Of a stretch of 64,000 nucleotides of DNA, positions 39,442 through 48,790 are shown one piece after another (positions within the stretch are counted from its first letter, which is position 1; the number at the start of each line of letters is the position of its first letter). This DNA is from an uncultured virus (IMG/VR IMGVR_UViG_3300030372_002239). Taxonomy: Duplodnaviria > Heunggongvirae > Uroviricota > Caudoviricetes. The stretch lies in IMG/VR virus record IMGVR_UViG_3300030372_002239, positions 1-64,000 of that record, one strand, 5' to 3'. The notes below the pieces were generated by a model that made no database searches, was not told where the DNA came from, and saw only the letters and a list, made by a program, of their open reading frames with translations. A program made the position numbers and the translations under genes.

Positions 39442-40683
39442 TTAGAAGTTAAGGCTATCGTAAACATCGTCAACCAAGGGTCTAAACCATCCTCCGGTAT
39501 TCTCAACTTGCTCCGTAGTTACAAGGAACTCTAATACTTGGTCTAGTTCCTGTTTCGTAACCTCAGATACAAATTTCAGCCATAACTTTTTGTAGCGAAC
39601 ACCTGAGTCCGAGTCAATAATATATCTTAAAATGTGTTTGGTGATTTCGCCAATCGGATTACGTCCAACAGTATTGAACGCTTCATGCATCTTGTGTTCC
39701 GTTATAGTCAACAACTTGAATGCACGTTTGATCTGCGACAATGAAATCTCCTTCGTCGTGCCATCAGCGAAATGCATCAGCATGGCAGTCTTCAACAGAT
39801 GAACATTTTTCCTGCCATAATAATTATCAAGTCGAGGGTCTTTGTTCACTCGCTTTCTATCCAGTTCTCCTGACTCATAAAGGTGTTTGTGCCACTCAGA
39901 CGCTTCGGCATCCAACTTACATTCACCTGAGATTTTGCGCATCGCATACAGCCAACTGACAATGTCGTTACGGCAACGTATCTGCTCGTCTGATAAACCG
40001 GGAAACTGGCGAAAGAATCTAGGTGCATGACCGAATACAATGATGACGCGAGAAGTAAATCCCTGCGAAATAATCCTATCACTAAATGCTTCGCGAATGA
40101 ATGAAGGCGTTGTTCCTCCCAGCATTGTTACGCAGATGTTCGTGATGTCGTCTGAGCCTTGGTGTTTACTCTTGTAATGGTAACTGCGTGAATCATAAAA
40201 CTGGTTCAGCATATTCACCATGTCTTCGGAGTTCTTACGAAAGAGTACACCGAGTTCCTCAATCATAAAGCAGATGGAATGATGCGACTTGTTCTTGAGC
40301 GCACTTCCACCAAGTCGAGTATCGGGTACAGTAAACGTCCGCATACAATCATCACGCATATAACGAAGCAACGATTCTTGTGTAGTTGTGTCTGCACCGT
40401 AAGGATACATCGGAACCATCTCGTTTTTCTCAACGTCAAATTCCATCAGCTTCTCGCTCTTTATGATGTCGGTAACTTGTGAGATCACGCGAGACTTACC
40501 AGCAGCAGGAGGCCCGACAAGCAACGTAAAGATGTTCGGATATATGGACATTGAGTCTGGATACAACCAGACTCGCCTCTGTAACGCAGCACTTATCAAA
40601 CTGTAGAAACTCCAATCAATAAATAGATCGGGCGATTCCAAATCTTTGAGATAGTGCCGCCACTTCTCAAGATTAGTCATCAA
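39442..40683 (-). CDS. DUF3987-like P-loop NTPase (putative replicative helicase)
   Basis: IYPNIFTLLVGPPAAGKS, MIEELG, GGTTP, GFTSR. Confidence 0.8.
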   Translation of the reverse strand: MMTNLEKWRHYLKDLESPDLFIDWSFYSLISAALQRRVWLYPDSMSIYPNIFTLLVGPPAAGKSRVISQVTDIIKSEKLMEFDVEKNEMVPMYPYGADTTTQESLLRYMRDDCMRTFTVPDTRLGGSALKNKSHHSICFMIEELGVLFRKNSEDMVNMLNQFYDSRSYHYKSKHQGSDDITNICVTMLGGTTPSFIREAFSDRIISQGFTSRVIIVFGHAPRFFRQFPGLSDEQIRCRNDIVSWLYAMRKISGECKLDAEASEWHKHLYESGELDRKRVNKDPRLDNYYGRKNVHLLKTAMLMHFADGTTKEISLSQIKRAFKLLTITEHKMHEAFNTVGRNPIGEITKHILRYIIDSDSGVRYKKLWLKFVSEVTKQELDQVLEFLVTTEQVENTGGWFRPLVDDVYDSLNF

Positions 40684-40858
40684 GTGTTTCTATCAGTTTT
40701 GCGATTATTGAATACTGCTCAAAAGTTAAAGCAGGATGTAGCGTCCCGTTTACCGTGATGAATAGTATAGGTTGGCTTTCATCTCCGTCGAAGAAGTTAT
40801 CAATTGAGACACTTACATCAGTATCTCCCACGTTGTAGCTTATTGTTGGTTTAGACAT
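40673..40858 (-). CDS. Hypothetical protein
   Basis: Overlaps both neighbours. Confidence 0.55.
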   Translation of the reverse strand: MSKPTISYNVGDTDVSVSIDNFFDGDESQPILFITVNGTLHPALTFEQYSIIAKLIETLDD

Positions 40859-43217
40859 CTATCATTTCTTTCCAGTTATCCCCGATCATTGCTTCCGATC
40901 TCATGGAGAATCGTTCGCCACGGGGAGAAATTATTTCACGATTCAGATGCTTCATTGCTTCTTGGGCAACGAATTCTGAATGCTCAGGTGCGCATTGAAG
41001 CAGCACACTATCATGGTTGTTCTGGAGTACGTCAACTCCTAACTCTTGCAAATCTTGTCGGTTCTGTAGCTCGACAAATGCTAGGTTCGTAATACATCCG
41101 ACAGTCGATTGAGGCACAAATGCATACGCTTCCTTGTACATTGATTCATCAATGATGCCTGTGAAGTATCGGGGATAGCCAAACAAGTTTTTGAGCGTTC
41201 GTGTTTCCTTGAGTCGTTCAACAGTCTCGTTGTGCCATTGGTTTATCTCAGGGAACAACTTGTGATAAGTATTGAGGAATCGTTTAGCCTCCTTTGACTC
41301 AAGGGCGATTGCGCCCTGAGACTTCTGCAACATATTCGTGCGAAAGGTCGGAGCCTTCATGCCGTAGTTCGATGCGTGACAAACCATCTTGGCCATGAAG
41401 TAGTAGCGTTTATCGGCAGTCCAATTGTCGCTATCCTTAATTACACTATTCAGTTCATCCCAACCTTTGATGTCCTTGAGTTCATGGATGGGAGCTTCGC
41501 AAAATTCATTGATGCTTCTACCAAGTTCAGCAGACCAGACATCAGGAAACAAGCGCATGGCAACAAACACATGGGACTTGATGCCCTCAAGAAATAGTGT
41601 GCGGAAGTTGCCTTGTGTACATAGGTAGCCAACGATCATTGCCTCTGCTCCTGCTTGGTCAGCTTGCACAAGAACCTTACCTTCATCAGCAATGAACAGA
41701 TGTCGCAGCTTCTTTGGTATGTTCTGAATGTTCGTACCCCAACGACCGAGTAGCTTGCGACTTGCCAATCTGAATGTAGATGTGCCAGCCAAGTTGTATG
41801 AGGTCGTGATGCGATCAACCATTGGTACGTTGTGTAGACCATCGTAAGGATTGTACTTGAGTTGGCCTGACTCCTTGGCGATTGATCGGTACTTGAGAAT
41901 TATTGAAATCGCTGGAAGATCGTACTTGAGTCGATGCTGAAGCAGGGTCTTCTCGTTTGTTAAATCCTTCGCTGGTTTCTTGAGCTTCATTCGGTCATAC
42001 AAATAGACAGACACTTGCTTTGGGCTGTTTGGATTTAGATCGTGACCGACAAGGAGACTCAGCATTCTGCGAAGTTGATTCTTGTGTCGCTCGTTTCGCA
42101 TCAGAATCTTCTTCTTCTCTGCTGTATTGATGCGGAGTCCCTGACACATTGCAGTAAGATACGGCACTACCATTGAGTTAGCTTGTTCGATGGATTTAGT
42201 TGCACCCATCGTAACTGCAAGTTCGTCAATGGATGGTTTAATCAACGCCATCGTGAGTACGTCCTTGACGTTGTAATGGTAGAGTTGATCGAACTGTTCT
42301 GCGTTCTGCGGATTGTAGCAACCTTCGTTCTTGTGATAAGGTTGATCTGTGTAAAGTGATATGCAATGTCCGAGAGACTTCTCTATTTCAGGGAACAGCC
42401 GATGGTGCGCCAGCATTGTATCGTAGACTTTGCGAGGCGCAGGAATGCCATATCGGTATGCGACAACGAACAAGTCAAAGAGTGCGTTGTGTATGACTAC
42501 TGTGTTGTCTCTGAATGCAACAGCAAGTGCGCGTAAAATCTGATGAGTCTCGTCGTAATGGTAGTAGTTTATTCGCAACATTGGTACGCAGTAGCCTTTG
42601 CCGCCAAACGAGAATCCGAAACAAGTCATCTCAAGGCTAGGATTTGTCTCGATGTCAAAGAACATATCCTTGCCTTTAGTGTTTGTTAGTAAATCTATAA
42701 CTTCGGATGCTTTGGGATAGATGTCACTCTCGCCTTCGACGGGATTAGGCGGAGTCTTGAGATAACCGGCAGCTTTTGATACATCCCGTTGCATCCAGTA
42801 TCGCCAGTTGGATCGTTTGGTTTTGCCGTGTCTCTCGGTTTCGTCGTAATCGTACTCGGTTTCGTGTGCAAGCGGATTGAAGTATGCCTTGCGATCAATG
42901 GCATTTTGCGGAGCGAACGTAGCAATGTAGGTGCGTCCATGTACAATCCAAGGACAGCCACGTTGACCACCGAGTTTTGAGTTCTTGAAAGTTTTAAGAG
43001 CCTTCTCGCCCAACAACAAAATTACTTTTGTGTCGGGGAGAAAGCCTTCGCCCAAGGTATTGAGCAATCTGATGTCGCAAGATTGTCTCGGAATACCAAG
43101 GGCGTTTTGGAATAGATGACCAGCGTAGCCTGAGATTAGACTACCCTTGTCGAATCTACTTGGACTTTCGAGAATTACCGTTAGACCGCTGTACTTTAGA
43201 CTTGGTTTGTGTCTCAC
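40851..43217 (-). CDS. polA: Family A DNA polymerase (His762 type) with N-terminal UDG-like domain and 3'-5' exonuclease
   Basis: FDIET, HNALFD, DTML, motif A ADQAGAE, motif B AKMVCHASNYG, motif C NHDS; N-terminal GxAG...VILLLGEKA...TFAP. Confidence 0.9.
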   Translation of the reverse strand: MRHKPSLKYSGLTVILESPSRFDKGSLISGYAGHLFQNALGIPRQSCDIRLLNTLGEGFLPDTKVILLLGEKALKTFKNSKLGGQRGCPWIVHGRTYIATFAPQNAIDRKAYFNPLAHETEYDYDETERHGKTKRSNWRYWMQRDVSKAAGYLKTPPNPVEGESDIYPKASEVIDLLTNTKGKDMFFDIETNPSLEMTCFGFSFGGKGYCVPMLRINYYHYDETHQILRALAVAFRDNTVVIHNALFDLFVVAYRYGIPAPRKVYDTMLAHHRLFPEIEKSLGHCISLYTDQPYHKNEGCYNPQNAEQFDQLYHYNVKDVLTMALIKPSIDELAVTMGATKSIEQANSMVVPYLTAMCQGLRINTAEKKKILMRNERHKNQLRRMLSLLVGHDLNPNSPKQVSVYLYDRMKLKKPAKDLTNEKTLLQHRLKYDLPAISIILKYRSIAKESGQLKYNPYDGLHNVPMVDRITTSYNLAGTSTFRLASRKLLGRWGTNIQNIPKKLRHLFIADEGKVLVQADQAGAEAMIVGYLCTQGNFRTLFLEGIKSHVFVAMRLFPDVWSAELGRSINEFCEAPIHELKDIKGWDELNSVIKDSDNWTADKRYYFMAKMVCHASNYGMKAPTFRTNMLQKSQGAIALESKEAKRFLNTYHKLFPEINQWHNETVERLKETRTLKNLFGYPRYFTGIIDESMYKEAYAFVPQSTVGCITNLAFVELQNRQDLQELGVDVLQNNHDSVLLQCAPEHSEFVAQEAMKHLNREIISPRGERFSMRSEAMIGDNWKEMIDV

Positions 43218-43428
43218 GCGCCTTGAGTGCTTCTTGTTTGAGCTTGTCCTTGATTGAATCTTGTTTGATGTAATCTTGTAGCATTAGGATTGCATCATGG
43301 ATTCCCGATAGATAACCGTCTGCTAAAGCCTCGGCTTGCATCTCAGTTGTCTTGATTCGTAACCGTTCCAACGCTTGTGCATTGTCCTTGGTACGAATGT
43401 CATCAATTATGGTCGTTAATTCTTTCAC
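43156..43428 (-). CDS. Hypothetical protein
   Basis: Fills operon. Confidence 0.55.
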   Translation of the reverse strand: MKELTTIIDDIRTKDNAQALERLRIKTTEMQAEALADGYLSGIHDAILMLQDYIKQDSIKDKLKQEALKARETQTKSKVQRSNGNSRKSK

Positions 43429-43636
43429 AGTATTTTCTTTTAACGTAGTCAGGTGTTCCGTATCTTTTTCTTACTTCAGCAGTTCGCCGCTTCTTGTGCG
43501 GAAAGTCTACTTTGTAATCCATTGTGCGACTTTCGTGGTGGCCAACTTCGCTTGGCTTGAGTCCATGCCGTCGCGCAAATTTCTTAAATTTTCTATCAAG
43601 ATCATCTTTGTTTATTTCCAATTCGCGAATTTTCAT
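43403..43636 (-). CDS. Small basic protein, homologue of 4187..4435
   Basis: KFKKFARRHGLKPSEVGHHESRTM. Confidence 0.8.
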   Translation of the reverse strand: MKIRELEINKDDLDRKFKKFARRHGLKPSEVGHHESRTMDYKVDFPHKKRRTAEVRKRYGTPDYVKRKYCERINDHN

Positions 43637-43654
43637 TTAGTCTAGCTCCCGATG

Positions 43655-43682
43655 AAAAAGGGGGAGGTTTTACCCTCCCCCC
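43655..43682 (-). terminator. Rho-independent terminator after SSB-like gene
   Basis: GGGGGAGG stem followed by T5 on the minus strand. Confidence 0.75.
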
Positions 43683-43688
43683 ATGTGG

Positions 43689-44192
43689 TTACGCAAGATC
43701 GTGTTCGGGTGCTTTACTGATCAGTTCCCCAACTGAATACGAGTTGAAGGTGATAGGGTCGCCGGTAGACGGATCTACCATTGCCTCACCTTCCGCATTC
43801 TTCCTTACAACCTTCTCGGTCTTGATGGTTGCATAGGCAGCCTTGCCCTTGTAGATAGAACCATCCGGCTCGACAGTACCCCAAGGGTCGCTCTCGTCGG
43901 AACAGTTCAACTCGAAAGGCAAATCGAGAACACGATGAGTACGCTTGACGCGCAATGCCATCTTCTCGATAAACACGAGGTACTCACGGAATTGCAAACC
44001 AGCAATCCGCACATTTCCCAAGTCTGGATCTTCAATAGACTCAGGTGCAACGATTTCCCAAGTCAGGACAACCATAGGGTTGCCACTCTGTGACTGACGG
44101 GTTTCGGTATCGGCTACACGAATAGTGTAGTTGTTCGAAGGCAGAAACGGACGAGCGTTCTCCTTTACATCATTTAGGTTAATAGTAGGCAT
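43689..44192 (-). CDS. DUF669-like single-stranded DNA-binding protein
   Basis: LPxxxYxIRV...SQSGNPMVVLTWEI pattern; downstream of AAA_24 gene. Confidence 0.65.
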   Translation of the reverse strand: MPTINLNDVKENARPFLPSNNYTIRVADTETRQSQSGNPMVVLTWEIVAPESIEDPDLGNVRIAGLQFREYLVFIEKMALRVKRTHRVLDLPFELNCSDESDPWGTVEPDGSIYKGKAAYATIKTEKVVRKNAEGEAMVDPSTGDPITFNSYSVGELISKAPEHDLA

Positions 44193-44323
44193 TTTTACCA
44201 GTTATCCTCACTTCGTGTGAGAAAGTATCGACGGGCGATCAATGCAGGGACACATACTGGCTAACTGAGGAAAAACCAGTAAACCTGTCTGCATCTTAAT
44301 AGCAGTATGTACCCGTCTGAAAT

Positions 44324-44626
44324 TCATCCCGCAAAAAGATTCTTTTTGTCGGCTATACTTGTTCTTGTCCGAAAGATTCCATCGTACTTTGGAAATACTT
44401 CGTGAAACTTACGGGCATAGAACGCTTTGTAGTTATTGTTTAGTTTGAAATCTGTATCACTTGTTTCGATGAGAGTCTCCCATCTGATACGTTCAGCAAC
44501 CAACGCAACACTAAAGTTATCATATCCTTTATTGATTGCCTCAAACGTAAACCTCTTGAACAACTCCCACACATAAGGGTTGTCTGCATGAAACTTGTCG
44601 AACTTTTCTTGTAAATTGTTGTTCAT
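44324..44626 (-). CDS. Hypothetical phage protein
   Basis: FHADNPYVWELF...ERIRWE...FKLNNNYKAFYAR. Confidence 0.75.
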   Translation of the reverse strand: MNNNLQEKFDKFHADNPYVWELFKRFTFEAINKGYDNFSVALVAERIRWETLIETSDTDFKLNNNYKAFYARKFHEVFPKYDGIFRTRTSIADKKNLFAG

Positions 44627-44787
44627 AAGTCTTCTACGGTAATACCATGTTCGTTTTCTATTTTTTCTAGTTGATCTTCTAGTTGGTGGATTCTATTCCA
44701 CGCGAACTTTAAATGCTCATCTTTAAGTTCTATCACTTTTGCTTGGTCAACTACTTGATCAACAGCACTTATGTAATAGTCAGGCAT
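44623..44787 (-). CDS. Small hypothetical protein
   Basis: ATG-started part (MPDYY) overlapping both neighbours. Confidence 0.5.
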   Translation of the reverse strand: MPDYYISAVDQVVDQAKVIELKDEHLKFAWNRIHQLEDQLEKIENEHGITVEDL

Positions 44788-45424
44788 AGTATTCGTTACA
44801 AGACTTGATGACTTCGTTGAGATCGTTGGGTATGTAGAGATCATCGAACATACCAAGAGGAGTCTTCGCAGATGTCACTCCATCAGAGTTTGTCTGGAAA
44901 CAATAGTCGATTGAGTTCTCTCCCTTACGAACTTCTGTGAATAGAACCATCAACAGTTCCTTCTCGATGCAACCTTCGTGCTGCTTGCCTTGCACCTTGA
45001 TGCGTCGAGTATTGTACTCACCGCCAGTTGGCTGAGTGACACGCACGATCTCGTCGATTGCCGTGAATATGAAGATGGCTTTTTCATTTTTCACTTTGTC
45101 GAGTAGGTCGCGAATCTGTTTGTTGTAGTACGACCAGACATCGTAACCCTTGTACATCTTACCGGCGTAACTGGATAGTTGTTCGCAGTATTTGGTGAAG
45201 GATTCAAAGACAACAATATCTGAATTCTTGATTGCCTTTTCGATGGCAGGATTAACGTCAGGTATCTTGTCTACCGATATGATGTCGAACTTCTTTGCTT
45301 CTTTAAATGGGAAGCCTTTGCGTTCTAGGTCGATGATGGTTGTCTTGTCTGCTGGTAGATTACGCAGGGATGTTGATTTGCCTGTGCCACTACCGCCAAC
45401 TATTCCGATGATAGGTTTGTTCAT
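44780..45424 (-). CDS. AAA_24 / Sak4-like ATPase (recombination)
   Basis: GGSGTGKSTSLRNL, IIDLE, AKTPLGMF. Confidence 0.8.
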   Translation of the reverse strand: MNKPIIGIVGGSGTGKSTSLRNLPADKTTIIDLERKGFPFKEAKKFDIISVDKIPDVNPAIEKAIKNSDIVVFESFTKYCEQLSSYAGKMYKGYDVWSYYNKQIRDLLDKVKNEKAIFIFTAIDEIVRVTQPTGGEYNTRRIKVQGKQHEGCIEKELLMVLFTEVRKGENSIDYCFQTNSDGVTSAKTPLGMFDDLYIPNDLNEVIKSCNEYYA

Positions 45425-45810
45425 ATAATTGTAATCTCGATGTTGCGAGGTTTGGTTTGTTCTGTTGTTGGCCAAGTGTTGTCGAGAAGCATTTGGCCGA
45501 TCAATCCATAGTTCACTATGTCTTGAAAAGTATCAGCAAGTGATTCGTTGTTTGGTTCGCGGTTGTTCTCAAGTAGGTTCTTGAGTCTGAAAATTTTATC
45601 GACGAGCCGAGTCTTCAATCCAAGTAGTCCCTCGGATGAAATGTTCAATGGCCCGTAGTCCAATTGTTTCGCGTCAAGCAACTTAACACAATCGAGTGCG
45701 TTTAGAAATGCTTGATTGCCAGCAATTGTAATTAGTGAGATGTCAATGTTGGTTTGTTCACCGTCCATTGCGTTCATAGTCATTTTGGTTTCTCTCTCGA
45801 AACTATTCAT
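45421..45810 (-). CDS. DUF1599 / nucleotide-modification-associated domain 1-like protein
   Basis: KQLDYG...RLVDKIFRL...NESLADTFQDIVNY. Confidence 0.7.
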   Translation of the reverse strand: MNSFERETKMTMNAMDGEQTNIDISLITIAGNQAFLNALDCVKLLDAKQLDYGPLNISSEGLLGLKTRLVDKIFRLKNLLENNREPNNESLADTFQDIVNYGLIGQMLLDNTWPTTEQTKPRNIEITII

Positions 45811-46708
45811 TGAAGTTTAGTGGGTTATATTTTTTAGTGTAAAAGTCGTTCTCGATTACTGCTTCACCAAAGTCTCCAGCGTTGCAGATTCTAGTGAACT
45901 TGCACATTCCGAATTTGGTTTCGCAGCAGTTAAAATTAGGCAGAAAGTATTGTTTATCTTCCTTGATGTTCTTGGTAAGTAGCTCGACGAAGTTGACGAG
46001 AGTCTCAGTAAGATGCTGCTCAAAGTATGCGAGCTTCTGATTTGAGTAATCTAGGATTGCGCTTCGCTGAAACTTGTTGCGACCAGAGCGAGACAAAAAG
46101 ATGCCGTTGATAAGTGCTTGATAGTTTCTTTCGGGGAACAGCTTGCGCATCACCAAGGTATACAACATGAGTTGCGTAGACATTTCATATGAAGCCAAGT
46201 AACGGTCAACTGTTGTGACTGCCGTTGACTTGTGATCGCAGATAACATTCTGGCCAAAGTATGTACCAATGAAGTCAATTGTTCCGCAAAGAATGATGTC
46301 GATGAACCCGTTTGTGTAAAAGGGATAAGCAAACTTCATTTCAAGAAGCGGTTTACCTTCGTGCTTCTCTACCTTGAGTCCGTCTACGTCTGAGTAGTGA
46401 TCAAAGTATTGCGTGATACAGTTGGCGAGATGCCCTTGAGTGCGCCAGTCATTGACGGGAACGTGAATGTCTGGATTAGAAAAATGTGTTAACGCTTCAT
46501 TCATAGACTGAACCTTATCACCAGTTGCGTAATAAGATTCTAGTGCCTTGTGATATGCCGTGCCGTATTCCATCTTGTGATTCATGTAACTACTACGCAA
46601 ACCTCTTACAGTTGTATAGTAGAACTTGAGGGAACAGGCAGATTCTTTGTAGGCAGATGCGTCTATGCGAAGAATGTAGCGGTCTTCAGCTTTCTCTAGT
46701 TTAATCAA
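45803..46708 (-). CDS. PD-(D/E)XK (Cas4/RecB-like) exonuclease
   Basis: GTAYH, EMKF, GTIDF, DHKS, QLMLY and C-terminal cysteines. Confidence 0.85.
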   Translation of the reverse strand: MIKLEKAEDRYILRIDASAYKESACSLKFYYTTVRGLRSSYMNHKMEYGTAYHKALESYYATGDKVQSMNEALTHFSNPDIHVPVNDWRTQGHLANCITQYFDHYSDVDGLKVEKHEGKPLLEMKFAYPFYTNGFIDIILCGTIDFIGTYFGQNVICDHKSTAVTTVDRYLASYEMSTQLMLYTLVMRKLFPERNYQALINGIFLSRSGRNKFQRSAILDYSNQKLAYFEQHLTETLVNFVELLTKNIKEDKQYFLPNFNCCETKFGMCKFTRICNAGDFGEAVIENDFYTKKYNPLNFNE

Positions 46709-46865
46709 GTTTGATCTTTCCTCTAGTTTTCTTTTGTACTTTCAGTTCTTCTAAATCGTCCGGTCTTGAGATTTTTAAGTAAGGTGCTAGGTGTTCTTGC
46801 AACTTTGAGTCAGGCATTGCCTCTAGTTCCTCGACTGAAATCTCCAGCAGTTGTTCTATTGTCAT
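46701..46865 (-). CDS. Small hypothetical protein (54 aa, not in ORF track)
   Basis: Manual translation MTIEQLLEISVEELEAMPDSKLQEHLAPYLKISRP. Confidence 0.55.
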   Translation of the reverse strand: MTIEQLLEISVEELEAMPDSKLQEHLAPYLKISRPDDLEELKVQKKTRGKIKLD

Positions 46866-46944
46866 TCAAGTCCCGATAGAATTGTGCAGATTGTTGCGAA
46901 TAAAAAGTAGAGTAGTCCGAGTGCGCATAAGATGTCGAAGTAGA

Positions 46945-47457
46945 TCATTTCATTACGCGAACAGAAGTGTCGGTAATATCTACTTCTGAATCTTCATTGA
47001 CTAGATTGTATACGAATTCACGATCAGCTTCCGAAACAGAGACGTTACGCTCAAAGAGTTCTGTGTCCTTGGCAGTCTTGTACCAAGTTTCTAGTTCGTT
47101 CTTCCACGCAATAGAATCATTAAACTCGTAGTCTAACGCTTTGGATTTCAGCATATTTTGTACTGTGCCTTTGAAGTAGATGATGATGCCATCATCAGTC
47201 TTGCGTATGGCTACCTTGTTTCGGAGTAACGCATATTTTGCTTCGTCAAAGTTGTCTAGGATAAACTTGAATCCATCGTTGAACTTGACGTACAAAGTAT
47301 TTGCTGTGTATCCGGTTTGCTTGGCGTTGACGTAAACGTCTTGTCCAGTTTCGATTAACCTATCGAGTATTGGCTGTACTTGCTTGGCCGCATTAGGACT
47401 GTAAGTAGAGCGATTAGGTTTCGGTTTTTGTTCTATTGTAATGTTTTCGATTTGCAT
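46945..47457 (-). CDS. Hypothetical protein
   Basis: 170 aa ORF in replication operon. Confidence 0.7.
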   Translation of the reverse strand: MQIENITIEQKPKPNRSTYSPNAAKQVQPILDRLIETGQDVYVNAKQTGYTANTLYVKFNDGFKFILDNFDEAKYALLRNKVAIRKTDDGIIIYFKGTVQNMLKSKALDYEFNDSIAWKNELETWYKTAKDTELFERNVSVSEADREFVYNLVNEDSEVDITDTSVRVMK

Positions 47458-47834
47458 TGATCCATGTATTTAGCAGCAGTTTCTTTATTACCCTTTGCTA
47501 GTTCTGCTTGTGCCAGCATAAAGAGTTTCTTGGCTGAAAGTTCTTTAAGCGAAGGAGTCCACTTTACAGCTTCATCCTGCGAGAAAAGAATTCCATCCGG
47601 TTTCTCACGATATAATTCATCCTTGAATCTCTCCAAGTCTGATGTCGGTAGGTTCTTTGGTAAACCATTCTTAACCTTGGCACGAATGCGTAACTGAGCT
47701 TGTTGATTTATAAGGGCGATTGTTGTTTTCTCACCGTAAGCCTCAACAACTTCATCAATAGACTCAAAGACCGGAGTATAAAACCCGAAACCCTTGAAAT
47801 CCCCGTCGATAAACTGTTCTTTTTTATAGGTCAT
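47433..47834 (-). CDS. Hypothetical protein, first gene after sigma54-type promoter
   Basis: ATG at 47834. Confidence 0.7.
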   Translation of the reverse strand: MTYKKEQFIDGDFKGFGFYTPVFESIDEVVEAYGEKTTIALINQQAQLRIRAKVKNGLPKNLPTSDLERFKDELYREKPDGILFSQDEAVKWTPSLKELSAKKLFMLAQAELAKGNKETAAKYMDQCKSKTLQ

Positions 47835-47862
47835 TTTCAAAAAATATGACAGTTAATATATA

Positions 47863-47878
47863 AGCAACCTTCGTGCCA
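47863..47878 (-). promoter_or_regulatory. Sigma54 (-24/-12) promoter for replication operon
   Basis: TGGCACGAAGGTTGCT, exact GG-N10-GC spacing, intergenic, sense orientation. Confidence 0.88.
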
Positions 47879-47900
47879 ACTTTTTTGGGGGTAGGTGATA

Positions 47901-48608
47901 TTAATAGATGATTAATTTACCCAATGTCTTGTAACGTGCAAGTATAGATTGTAGTTCTCTGTAGTTGCCGGTGAGTTTGGTTTGATCTAGGATTTGCAGC
48001 ATCAATCCTTCGGGGTCTTCGACTTCTTGTTTCTTGAGGTAGAGAGTTATGTCGTCTGTTCTATCTCGGAGTGGTGATGTCTTGATGATGAAGGTTGATA
48101 TGCGGTGATAGAGATCGAGTCTGAAATTTCCTACCTCGACTTCTTTGCGTAAGTCTTTGTTGGTTGAGAACACGAAGCGACAAGTTGCATTGTGTTCCTC
48201 GGCTTCGCCTATGCGACTATACTTCTTGTGTTGAATGAAGCGTAGTAGCTTGGGTTGTAGGTGTAAGGGAAGTTCTCCGATCTCATCTAGGAATAACGTG
48301 CCTTTGTGCGCTCGCTGAACGAAACCAGTTGTGTCTCTGGTCGCTCCCGTGAATGAGCCTTTGAGGTGTCCGTAAAGAAGCGATTCAAACAAGTCTTCTT
48401 GGAGTGTAGTTACGTTTACAGGAACGAAGTTATTTTGTATTTTGGCGTTCGATGCTGACTGCCTTTCTCCATGTAAGATTTGAGCGATAGTCTCCTTACC
48501 TGTGCCAGACTCCCCCATCACTAGGACGGGGGAATCGTGGCTGGACAGAATGTGTGCATGGTAGATTTGCTCTAGCATGAACTTGTCTTCTGTGATTAGT
48601 TCTTCCAT
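47901..48608 (-). CDS. Stand-alone sigma54 activator (bEBP AAA+ domain only)
   Basis: GESGTGKE, VPVN, ESLLYGHLKGSFTGA, LFLDEIGE, QPKLLR, STN, FRLDLYHR, PLRDR, GNYREL; no receiver domain or HTH. Confidence 0.95.
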   Translation of the reverse strand: MEELITEDKFMLEQIYHAHILSSHDSPVLVMGESGTGKETIAQILHGERQSASNAKIQNNFVPVNVTTLQEDLFESLLYGHLKGSFTGATRDTTGFVQRAHKGTLFLDEIGELPLHLQPKLLRFIQHKKYSRIGEAEEHNATCRFVFSTNKDLRKEVEVGNFRLDLYHRISTFIIKTSPLRDRTDDITLYLKKQEVEDPEGLMLQILDQTKLTGNYRELQSILARYKTLGKLIIY

Positions 48609-48790
48609 GTAACTTCTACGCCTTCTGCGTCTAATATGTCATCCCACTTCCAATCTTGTGGGTGTTCGTGTACTTTAGGATTCCATTTGAACTTGAGATG
48701 TACTTCAACTGTATCTAACTCAGGCTCATCGTGCTGCGGAGGGTCTTGGTTCTCTCGCTGGCCCCATGCATCAAGCGACATTTGATTCAT
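48596..48790 (-). CDS. Hypothetical early protein
   Basis: Overlaps both neighbours. Confidence 0.55.
   Translation of the reverse strand: MNQMSLDAWGQRENQDPPQHDEPELDTVEVHLKFKWNPKVHEHPQDWKWDDILDAEGVEVTWKN

Noticed and set aside
45803..46708. Cas4-like nuclease suggesting a CRISPR system
   Set aside because: No repeat-spacer array or other cas genes; typical phage recombination nuclease beside AAA_24 and SSB-like genes
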